A stretch of DNA of 64,000 bases from a virus: the IMG/VR virus record IMGVR_UViG_3300045988_069050, positions 1 through 64,000 of that record. One strand, 5' to 3'. Positions 18,825 through 26,507 of the stretch are shown here, one piece after another. Both the position numbers and the translations under genes were made by a program. How positions within the stretch are numbered: the first letter of the stretch is position 1; each line of letters begins with the position of its first letter. The notes under the pieces are model-generated. The model did not search any database and was not told where the DNA came from. It saw nothing but the letters and a program-made list of their open reading frames with translations.

Positions 18825-18906
18825 TCCGATTTAGCTCAGTATGGTAGAGCGCCCATACCAATAAAGCATTAGTGGGAGGTCAGAGGTTCAAATCCTTTAA
18901 TCGGAA
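18825..18906 (+). tRNA. atypical tRNA-like gene: normal acceptor, D and T arms but 15-nt anticodon loop (accaataaagcatta); identity unclear
   Basis: acceptor tccgatt/aatcgga, D-arm gctc..gagc, T-arm agagg ttcaaat ccttt; anticodon stem cccat/gtggg encloses 15 nt. Confidence 0.4.
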
Positions 18907-18992
18907 CGACGAAACAAGGCTCCACAGCAGTTACAAGTTGTAACTGGTCTTATCTCCGAATAACTAGTCTTACGGGGTGGAGAAGTAGTCAC

Positions 18993-19067
18993 CTCGGTGT
19001 ACCAGAGTGGTTTAATGGCTCAGACTGCAAATCTGCTGATTCGTCAGTTCGAATCTGACCACCGAGT
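18993..19067 (+). tRNA. tRNA-Cys(GCA) second copy (C1:G72)
   Basis: acceptor ctcggtg/caccgag, anticodon loop ctgcaaa, T-arm gtcag ttcgaat ctgac. Confidence 0.6.
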
Positions 19068-19204
19068 CTCGACGTGCAAGTCTTTTAACTACAATAGTTA
19101 ACGTGTCTGGTTACGTTATCACCCAGTCGTCACCTACGGTTAGAAGGGCGTCCCTTATCGTGAAAGGCATCTCTGAGTAGCGGATGTAAATTAGCTACTA
19201 ATAT

Positions 19205-19284
19205 CGTGGAGTAGAGAAGTTGGTCATCTCGCTAGGCTCATAACCTAGAAATCGTCATAAACGGTTCGAATCCTACCTCCGCAA
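19205..19284 (+). pseudogene. tRNA-like(CAT) with degenerate T-stem (probable pseudo-tRNA)
   Basis: Perfect anticodon stem ctagg/cctag loop ctcataa and D-arm, but T-loop ggttcgaatcc is flanked by only 2 pairing bases; 3' end ..tacctccgca resembles Ser tRNA 3' ends. Confidence 0.4.
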
Positions 19285-19344
19285 CTAAACTCCTTTTGTG
19301 GCTCTGTTATTAGATTAATTATTAACAATTTTAAACTTTAATGT

Positions 19345-19464
19345 TATGAAGAAAGTAATTAATGTTGTAAAGAAAGCTGCTAAATGGTATTTTGAACAGA
19401 GTTCTAAGAACTACACTTGGTTAGTGTCTGGAACAATACCTCCTCCATACAGAGGACAAGAGTA
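19345..19464 (+). CDS. small hypothetical protein (39 aa)
   Basis: Manually read ORF. Confidence 0.3.
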
Positions 19465-19525
19465 AAAATATCATTAAAAGGTAAGTACCAATGGGGTACT
19501 TACAGATGTCTGGGAGGAAATAATA

Positions 19526-19611
19526 TGTATGGTTAGCCAAGTGGCCGACGGCAGCGGGCTGTTAACCCGTCGTGAGAAATCCCATCGCAGGTTCGAATCC
19601 TGCACCATACG
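19526..19611 (+). tRNA. type-II tRNA-like, anticodon GTT (Asn) with 16-nt variable arm (unusual)
   Basis: acceptor gtatggt/accatac, anticodon stem gcggg/cccgt loop ctgttaa, T-arm gcagg ttcgaat cctgc. Confidence 0.5.
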
Positions 19612-19771
19612 CCTTTTTGCTGAACCCTCCTTAGTTTTTAACTAAGCAATAGTAATCCAGCAAACTCTAGACCGATGTGAGGAAGAGAGTCGTCTAGACG
19701 GTAGCTAGCACTGTAGTACGCAATGGTGGAATAGAAACGGCTAGCATCCACCAACTTTTAATTAATTAGAT

Positions 19772-20137
19772 ATGATAGTACAACCTATTGGAAAGTTTAA
19801 ACTTACTTATGCAAATGGTATAAGTCAAGTTAAGCTGTTAATAACTCAGGAAGACTACAAGTCTATTGTCAAACCTATATTAGATAATATAGCTGAGTTA
19901 GAGGCACAGCGAAGTGGGATTAATAAAAAGAGTAAAAGGTATAAGGAAATTTCGGAAAAACTTAGAGAACTGAAAAAACCTATATCGGAACTTGGAGAGT
20001 TTTTCACAAGCACGTCTCCTCTTGGATTAGCACTATGGAGTAGTCGCTTCCCAAACTTGATACTTCCGCCTCAACAAGGCGGTGGACATTTTGTTAGATT
20101 TGAAAAATTAGATTTGTATGAAAATAAGGAAGGTTAA
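19772..20137 (+). CDS. hypothetical protein (121 aa)
   Basis: ORF preceded by TTTTAATTAATTAGATATG motif. Confidence 0.55.
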   Translation: MIVQPIGKFKLTYANGISQVKLLITQEDYKSIVKPILDNIAELEAQRSGINKKSKRYKEISEKLRELKKPISELGEFFTSTSPLGLALWSSRFPNLILPPQQGGGHFVRFEKLDLYENKEG

Positions 20138-20306
20138 CTCCACTATCAAAAGACGAGTTCTTAGGGAAGTGTCTAGAGAGTGCAGAAAGAGGAATATGAT
20201 GGACAAGAAAGGTGAAATTCCAAATGATATTAAAGACATATGGGAAGCGATTAAAGTATTAACAAAGAGAAATAAACAATTTGCTGTTAGATATGCATCA
20301 ATGTGA
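20118..20306 (+). CDS. small basic protein
   Basis: ORF. Confidence 0.35.
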   Translation: MKIRKVNSTIKRRVLREVSRECRKRNMMDKKGEIPNDIKDIWEAIKVLTKRNKQFAVRYASM

Positions 20307-20374
20307 TTATTGTTGTTGGTATAATCCTGCCAGTGGGTGCTGTGATTGTCCATACGTAATGAGACGGAAAGCGT

Positions 20375-20572
20375 GTGAGAAGGCTCGTAAACAGAAAGAA
20401 GAAAATGAAAAGCCTAGAAAGTTATAGCATATTTACTAAGCCTAAACTATCTAATCCTGTATCATGGGAGGATATGAAAGAATTTAATACCCATATGAAG
20501 GAAGTAGTTAGAGACTATAAGATTAGGCAAGCTAAAGCTAGAGAAAGCGCTAAGAAAGTAATTATTAAGTAA
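20375..20572 (+). CDS. small basic protein
   Basis: ORF. Confidence 0.4.
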   Translation: MRRLVNRKKKMKSLESYSIFTKPKLSNPVSWEDMKEFNTHMKEVVRDYKIRQAKARESAKKVIIK

Positions 20573-20836
20573 ATACTAACCTGGCAAGGTAAAAATCCAG
20601 TCGGGGTCTGTTAGCATTTATGCTAATAAGTCGAAGCCAGTCCCTGCGTAGTTATAATAGGCAAGCTGAACTTGAGAATTGTTAAACGGATGGTTGCCGT
20701 TAAAAGATATATAGTTACAAACTTATGTATCCAGAATATAACTAATTAAAGACTTATCTGGTGATGTTAGGTTATGGAATCCTAACAGTGGAAATTTATG
20801 AGTTATGTCACCAATTAAAAAGAAAATCTCAAACAT

Positions 20837-20909
20837 GGGCCGTTAGCTCAAATGGCTAGAGCGCTGGTTTTGCACACCGGAAGATAGGGTTCGAGTCCCT
20901 GCGTGTCCA
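20837..20909 (+). tRNA. tRNA-Ala(TGC)-like with poorly paired acceptor stem (possible pseudogene)
   Basis: D-arm, anticodon stem ctggt/accgg loop tttgcac and T-arm are canonical; acceptor pairs only 4 of 7, including a G3:U70-like pair. Confidence 0.35.
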
Positions 20910-20927
20910 CAACAAAATTAAATAATT

Positions 20928-21074
20928 ATGAAAGTATACGTAGTCGTAGTGAACCATCATCCAGCTAATGCGCCTCAGAACTATAAAACTGAGTGTCAGA
21001 TATTTCTGGATAAAAAGGAAGCCGAAGGCTATAAGAAAGCCAAGGAAGAAGAATATCCCATACGTTGGGGATGA
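20928..21074 (+). CDS. small hypothetical protein (48 aa)
   Basis: Manually read ORF. Confidence 0.3.
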   Translation: MKVYVVVVNHHPANAPQNYKTECQIFLDKKEAEGYKKAKEEEYPIRWG

Positions 21075-21110
21075 AGGCTATTATGATGACCGTTCAGATG
21101 TTCCAGAACT

Positions 21111-21407
21111 ATGAGCGTAATACAACAGGTCTACTTAGCTGAATCAGGCAGTTCTATTTACATAAAGGGGATTAAACCTGATAAAGAGAATGAATATTCT
21201 GGTGAGATTACTCTAAACGGTAATCCCACTAGATTAGAGAGAAAAGAACGTTACCATATAAGTAACGGTATGCTTGTTACAGATAGTTATCATATCCCTA
21301 TGGAGTTCATTATTAGCTTCTTGCAGGCTAACGGATGTGTTCAAGAAGGAGAAGATGGCAAGTCGTATGTTGTTTTAAGAGAAGTAGAATTTAAATTGAA
21401 TAACTAA
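21111..21407 (+). CDS. hypothetical protein (98 aa)
   Basis: ORF. Confidence 0.5.
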   Translation: MSVIQQVYLAESGSSIYIKGIKPDKENEYSGEITLNGNPTRLERKERYHISNGMLVTDSYHIPMEFIISFLQANGCVQEGEDGKSYVVLREVEFKLNN

Positions 21408-21988
21408 TGTTATCAGTATTATATAGCGAATATGAGCTGTGGGGTTGTCCTAATTGTGGGTGCGATTCCGTTATAAGTAGTGGAATTTCTGGAGGAGGTC
21501 TAACATCTGGAACTTGTAGACATTGCAAGTTAAAATTTGAAGTTAGAAGCGAAAATCCAATGGGAATAGTCAAATATGGCTGCCATCCAGAAAATCCCTC
21601 AGACCCGAAATCTAAATGGGTTATGGAAAGCGCAATCAGAATTGAACATCCTAGAAAAGGTATTCCTGCATGGAATTGGGAACCAGTTGACGAACGTCCA
21701 GAAGAAGGAGAATATTGGAACTCTCGTGGTCCTGGCTATCCAGATGTTTCTGGCTTTGTAAAGACCAAAGCTGCTGGTGAGCGTATTCTAGCTATGGTGC
21801 ATGAAGTGTTAGGAACTGACAAGTGTAAGACTTATCTAGATTTCAGACCAAGTGAACCAACGTGGATTCAATTCAAATTTCATAAAGACGAGTTTGATAT
21901 AGAGAAACTAGATTCTCTTACTCGTGATAGTGGAATAATTACTAAAGACATAATCAAACAATGTATTTATGGCAAAAGTAGTAAATAG
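21407..21988 (+). CDS. hypothetical protein with N-terminal zinc ribbon (CPNCGC...CRHCK)
   Basis: ORF with Cys pairs. Confidence 0.6.
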   Translation: MLSVLYSEYELWGCPNCGCDSVISSGISGGGLTSGTCRHCKLKFEVRSENPMGIVKYGCHPENPSDPKSKWVMESAIRIEHPRKGIPAWNWEPVDERPEEGEYWNSRGPGYPDVSGFVKTKAAGERILAMVHEVLGTDKCKTYLDFRPSEPTWIQFKFHKDEFDIEKLDSLTRDSGIITKDIIKQCIYGKSSK

Positions 21989-22220
21989 GGCCTCTGATAT
22001 AATCCAACTTAAAGACCTAAAGGATGGGGAATTTGCAGAAGTGATAGAATGGTTTGAGGATGGAACAGTATCTAACGGAGATATAATTCAAAGATGTGGA
22101 CTTGCACTATTTATATTAGGAAGTTGTTCTTACTATCCTGAGATATTTAGTAAGGGTGCTAGAGACTATACTAATACTAAGTTACGGACACTACCTGAGG
22201 GTACAACTATAATGTTATAA
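21969..22220 (+). CDS. hypothetical protein (83 aa)
   Basis: ORF. Confidence 0.45.
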   Translation: MAKVVNRASDIIQLKDLKDGEFAEVIEWFEDGTVSNGDIIQRCGLALFILGSCSYYPEIFSKGARDYTNTKLRTLPEGTTIML

Positions 22221-22260
22221 TTTCTTTTTCCAGTTTTCTAATTAAAGATAAACTGGGTAT

Positions 22261-22822
22261 GGGCCTACTTGGATTTGACAGGCGATTACAAATTATAAGG
22301 ACGTGTAGAGCGCAATCTCTTTAAACGAAGAAAAAACAATAAATGCTACTTATAGCGAAGTAAGAATGGCAGCCTAAGCTGCTGGCTTGTTGGTAGACAC
22401 TATTAACTAAGTCGGGTTACGGGAGAGACCTAGAAACAGAAGAGGTTGAGTATATTGATATAATGGAGAGCTAGGCTCTAATCCTAGTAATATGCTCTTA
22501 ATCAGAACACTCTAAGAGTTAGTAAGACTGAATCTCCTACGTCATAAAACAGATGGAAGATGTGTTCCGTGAGATGTGACGAATCTCTAAAGTATCATCC
22601 CGTTCTCCAACGTAAATGGAGTGGTGGAACGTTGACTTCGGTCAGCCCTATAGTTTGGTAGCTTGTAGATAAGCATCTAGAGAAATACTTAGTATGGACT
22701 CTTGTAAGACTTATAAAACTACCTAAATGCTAGAACTCCCTAGCTGATATAATAAAAATGAGACGCACGTTATCCTTGTAACGAGGGTTGTTTGGACACG
22801 GGTTCGACTCCCGTTAGGTCCA
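22261..22822 (+). ncRNA. ssrA: tmRNA (ssrA)-like RNA; tag reading frame 22345-22377 encodes ATYSEVRMAA
   Basis: 5' GGGCCTACTTGGATTTGACAGG matches tmRNA 5' consensus GGGGCUGAUUCUGGAUUCGACGGG. 3' GGACACGGGTTCGACTCCCGTTAGGTCCA matches E. coli ssrA 3' GGACGCGGGUUCAACUCCCGCCAGCUCCA. Acceptor 7 bp with G3:U70. A-rich run before resume codon GCT; stop TAA lies in loop of hairpin gcagc-ctaa-gctgc. No ORF of 60 aa or more in about 940 bp. Confidence 0.75.
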
Positions 22823-22828
22823 CATAAT

Positions 22829-22902
22829 AGGGCTATAGCTCAACTGGTTAGAGCACCACACTGATAATGTGGAGGTTATCAGTTCAAGTCTGATTAGCCC
22901 TA
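22829..22902 (+). tRNA. tRNA-Ile(GAT)
   Basis: acceptor agggcta/tagccct, anticodon stem ccaca/tgtgg loop ctgataa. Confidence 0.75.
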
Positions 22903-22979
22903 CAAAACCGCCAGCTCACGCGGTATATAAGAAAGGATTGCCGGACTCGCAGGTGTAACGAGATAAATACCTGCATTTT

Positions 22980-23052
22980 CGAGGCTGTGGTGTAATGGCT
23001 TGCATATCACACTGTCACTGTGAAGGTTGGGGTTCGAATCCCCCAGTCTCGG
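22980..23052 (+). tRNA. tRNA-Asp(GTC)
   Basis: anticodon stem tcaca/tgtga loop ctgtcac, T-loop ttcgaat; acceptor register cgaggct/agtctcg. Confidence 0.65.
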
Positions 23053-23059
23053 CATTTAT

Positions 23060-23132
23060 TCCCCTGTAGTTTAGTTGGTTAGAACACGTGATTTGTAATC
23101 TCGAGACCTCGGTTCGAATCCGAGTGGGGGAT
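23060..23132 (+). tRNA. tRNA-Thr(TGT)
   Basis: acceptor tcccctg/tggggga, anticodon loop tttgtaa, T-arm ctcgg ttcgaat ccgag. Confidence 0.6.
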
Positions 23133-23159
23133 CTTAACCATTAAATCAGATTAATTTTT

Positions 23160-23834
23160 ATGACTAGATTAGAAAAGTATTTAGTAGCAACTGCTACTGA
23201 GATTATCGAAGCGGAAACAACTGTTTCTCGCTACTTTGTCATTGGAAACGTCAAAGTTAGAGTATCAGACCATTTAAGTAAAATGAGTGATGCAGACTTA
23301 CAAGTGATTATTCCATTGAACGGAGGGACTAAGTATATAGTTACTGTTAAGGATAGTCCTGGAAAATTTCTTGTATGGAATGCAACTCAAATAAAAGACT
23401 TTATTCCTTCATTGCAGATTATTAAGGGCTTGAAGGAAGGAGTACAACTTAAGCCAAAACCTAAAGACTCTGCAGTTCAGAAGATTCAGCTAGCATTAAA
23501 TAATAGTAATACCGATGGAGGTTCGTTAACGTTCGATGGTACTATTATCGAGTCTAGATTGAAAGAAAAGCAACTTACCTCCAAACAGCGGGAAGTTTTC
23601 AGGAGAACTAAATCTACTTGGGATATTTCTCAGATTGGAACATTACCCAGTATGATTAAAGTAGATTTGGGATTGTCAAATGGTTCTGTAAACGAAGATG
23701 TGCAGATATTTCTAACTTGTACATCTTTAACCTACAAAGAAATTCTGAACATTTATAAAATAATAGTTGTTGATAACCATATGGTTCCAACTATTAAACT
23801 GTTGCAAGAAGCTTATAGCTTAATTGTGCAGTAG
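23160..23834 (+). CDS. hypothetical protein (224 aa)
   Basis: ORF. Confidence 0.6.
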   Translation: MTRLEKYLVATATEIIEAETTVSRYFVIGNVKVRVSDHLSKMSDADLQVIIPLNGGTKYIVTVKDSPGKFLVWNATQIKDFIPSLQIIKGLKEGVQLKPKPKDSAVQKIQLALNNSNTDGGSLTFDGTIIESRLKEKQLTSKQREVFRRTKSTWDISQIGTLPSMIKVDLGLSNGSVNEDVQIFLTCTSLTYKEILNIYKIIVVDNHMVPTIKLLQEAYSLIVQ

Positions 23835-23837
23835 GAT

Positions 23838-23909
23838 AGCGCCATCATCTAATGGTTAGGATTCAGGCTTTTCACGCCTGCCATACGGGTTCGAATCCCG
23901 TTGGCGTTA
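23838..23909 (+). tRNA. tRNA-Glu(TTC)
   Basis: acceptor agcgcca/tggcgtt, anticodon stem caggc/gcctg loop ttttcac. Confidence 0.75.
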
Positions 23910-23916
23910 CTATGTA

Positions 23917-23948
23917 CCCCAGCAGCGGAAGTTGTTGGGGTATTTTTT
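23917..23948 (+). terminator. rho-independent terminator (8-bp stem ccccagca/tgttgggg + TATTTTTT)
   Basis: Hairpin plus T-run directly after tRNA-Glu. Confidence 0.6.
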
Positions 23949-23966
23949 GTTTAATATAATTAATAA

Positions 23967-24287
23967 TTGATGAGAAAAACATTTGAGTTTGTAAAGGTTG
24001 GAGGAGTCTGGTTCTATTGGTGGCCAGATTATGACGGAACACCAGAGGAACTAGCAATGGTTGGTGGTGCAGATGAACTTCTTGATTCTCTAGATAATAA
24101 GTTTGTTAGATTGCAGATGGTTGACCCAGCTGCAGCTAAGATAACGTTGTCTAAAATTGAGGAGGATGAATGTGGAGCAACTTACTTATGCAAAAGTAAG
24201 AATTACAATGACAGGGTATGGATTTGTGCTGTAACTCTATCAGTATTCGGGGAATATCCTCAAAATATTTACCTAAAAGATATGTAA
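23967..24287 (+). CDS. hypothetical protein (106 aa)
   Basis: ORF. Confidence 0.5.
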   Translation: MMRKTFEFVKVGGVWFYWWPDYDGTPEELAMVGGADELLDSLDNKFVRLQMVDPAAAKITLSKIEEDECGATYLCKSKNYNDRVWICAVTLSVFGEYPQNIYLKDM

Positions 24288-24290
24288 AAA

Positions 24291-24716
24291 ATGAAAACGT
24301 TAAATGAGATTTTAGACAATTACAAAGACTATGCCGTAGTTCTCGATGACCGTTTCGGTTCTAGATTAGCAAAGTTTTTAACAGAAGAGCAGTTAGAAAA
24401 AATAGGCTTCAAGTACGATGGTGATGAGCCTTATCCAGAGCCTAAGGAATGGACTAGAGAGAATATCCTAGAGCAACTTAAGTCTGACGTGGAGTTTGGT
24501 TTTGAGAAGGCTCTAGACCAGAGAGGCATTTCAGCTAGCCTAATGTTCTACGTGGTACTAAGGTGGAATCAAGTTCTAGAAGAGGGCTTAGAGAATTATC
24601 CTGAAGAGAATTATGCTATGTATGGGTTGCCTTTGTTTAAGGCTACTGCTGTAAAGTATGGATGGGAGAATCCTATAGGCGACGATAATGGGGACGAAGA
24701 GTTCTACAATGAGTAG
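24291..24716 (+). CDS. hypothetical acidic protein (141 aa)
   Basis: ORF. Confidence 0.55.
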   Translation: MKTLNEILDNYKDYAVVLDDRFGSRLAKFLTEEQLEKIGFKYDGDEPYPEPKEWTRENILEQLKSDVEFGFEKALDQRGISASLMFYVVLRWNQVLEEGLENYPEENYAMYGLPLFKATAVKYGWENPIGDDNGDEEFYNE

Positions 24717-24912
24717 CGCTATGAAGGAATCTTCTATACTTAAAGCAATTTCTGACGCTATTGAAGAATACGAGGAAAATCAACAAAGACGAATAGACCT
24801 GTTAGAGAGTAAAATTCTGCTATTTGAGAGAGAAAGGGAGGCTTTTATTCGGCATTTGAGAGAAGGAAACATTCAATTATTAAAGGATTATCTAGGAATT
24901 AAAGATGAGTAA
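24688..24912 (+). CDS. small coiled-coil protein
   Basis: ORF. Confidence 0.4.
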   Translation: MGTKSSTMSSAMKESSILKAISDAIEEYEENQQRRIDLLESKILLFEREREAFIRHLREGNIQLLKDYLGIKDE

Positions 24913-25228
24913 GTACTATTTAATTAAGGAATGTAATAATATTCCTTTTATCTTAGGACAGTTCGATAGTATTGAAGAGGCTGAGGCCGCTCTTCCTTCT
25001 ACAAATAAGAAGGGAGCTAAGCACTTTGTCGTTTGTTCTACAGAGCAATTAAAGTCAGCAAGGGCGGCTATATCCTACTTACAAGAAGAACTTAGAAAGA
25101 GTCGAGAGGAGGTACGGCAATGGAGGGATTTAGAACTTAAAACAAGGCTAGATTTCTCAAACCAAATCTGTGAATTATCGAAGATAGCTAATCTAACTGT
25201 AGAGGACCTAACTAAAGTATTGTTATGA
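24905..25228 (+). CDS. hypothetical protein (107 aa)
   Basis: ORF. Confidence 0.5.
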   Translation: MSKYYLIKECNNIPFILGQFDSIEEAEAALPSTNKKGAKHFVVCSTEQLKSARAAISYLQEELRKSREEVRQWRDLELKTRLDFSNQICELSKIANLTVEDLTKVLL

Positions 25229-25527
25229 TAGTAAGTTCTCCTTTTGATAAAGATTTGCTTGGACATGAGATAAGGGGTGTAAATACATCTTACTACGGAC
25301 TTTCTGCATTGCAGGCTGTAATAAATCATGACGGAATCCGTCAAGATATTGCAAAATATATGTATAGAGACTGCATTGTAGATGGAGGACGAAAAGGAGT
25401 AATCATAGGATTTGAGGATAATAATCAATTCTTTGATTACTACTATATAGTCTATGTGCCAGAGCTAAATACTACTGTATATCAATTAGCTAATGATGCG
25501 AGATTTATTAATTCAATTGAGATATGA
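25225..25527 (+). CDS. hypothetical protein (100 aa)
   Basis: ORF. Confidence 0.5.
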   Translation: MIVSSPFDKDLLGHEIRGVNTSYYGLSALQAVINHDGIRQDIAKYMYRDCIVDGGRKGVIIGFEDNNQFFDYYYIVYVPELNTTVYQLANDARFINSIEI

Positions 25528-25681
25528 AAGTATATTATATTTCAATTCCCACGGCATATGACGGGCAAGTCCCTATAAACTATGAGAAGATCTCTCCTCT
25601 TTTTCTAGAGAAGAAAGACGCTATAGAATGGGCGGTAACTCAAAATTACTGGGATATTAGATTAATAGAAGAAGAAGTTTT

Positions 25682-26176
25682 ATGAAAAAGAAAGTTTTAA
25701 TTATCCTTATGATTAGTATTGTATTCGGATTTGCAACTGGTTATTCTTTGCATCATCTGATACATTTCAATCAGAAACAGGAGGAAATGGTATTGCTGCC
25801 AGAGCATCCATTCTACTTATTGGATGAAGTAAACGAAGAAGTATTGTACAATACTTTGAAGCATTACGATTTTCCAAATCCAGCAATTATAACAGCTCAG
25901 GCTGTTCTGGAATCTGGCAATTTTAAATCGAAACTTTGTAAGGATAATAACAATCTGTTCGGGTTGTATAACTCCAGAACAATGTCTTACTTCAAGTTCG
26001 ATAGTTGGATAAGCTGCGTGTTCGCTTATAAGCAATTTATCCTTAGTAAGTATAACCCAGAAGAGGATTATTACAAATTCCTAGACAGAATTGGCTACGC
26101 TGAGGATTCCTTGTATGAAAGTAAAGTTAAGGAATTGGAATTAGATATACTTAATAAATATGGAAGCTCAAATTGA
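25682..26176 (+). CDS. membrane-anchored glucosaminidase-family peptidoglycan hydrolase (AQAVLESGNFKS...NNLFGL)
   Basis: N-terminal TM plus mannosyl-glycoprotein endo-beta-N-acetylglucosaminidase-like motifs. Confidence 0.7.
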   Translation: MKKKVLIILMISIVFGFATGYSLHHLIHFNQKQEEMVLLPEHPFYLLDEVNEEVLYNTLKHYDFPNPAIITAQAVLESGNFKSKLCKDNNNLFGLYNSRTMSYFKFDSWISCVFAYKQFILSKYNPEEDYYKFLDRIGYAEDSLYESKVKELELDILNKYGSSN

Positions 26177-26426
26177 AGAAGCTATCAAATTTAGAAAGAA
26201 AGCTAATTTCAAGATATTAACTAGATTAAGTCAAATCATTGACCAATATCCTTATCTAAGATTTCACCAAATTCTTATTATATATAAGATTAGTGAGCTG
26301 GGAGTGGATAAGTTCAATGAGGAGAGTGTAGAAACTTTGAAGAAGCTAGAGCATGAAATGGTGGAAAAAGGAATTAGTAAGATTACTAGTAATAGTTCTG
26401 ATGGGAACAATACTATTAGTAACTAG
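26160..26426 (+). CDS. hypothetical protein (88 aa)
   Basis: ORF. Confidence 0.45.
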   Translation: MEAQIEEAIKFRKKANFKILTRLSQIIDQYPYLRFHQILIIYKISELGVDKFNEESVETLKKLEHEMVEKGISKITSNSSDGNNTISN

Positions 26427-26507
26427 GGAAGTAACGGGTTTTGAGACCGCAGTTATGACTGGTCTAACTATTATATTATGCAATCAAATATTTAACGAAT
26501 AAAGATT

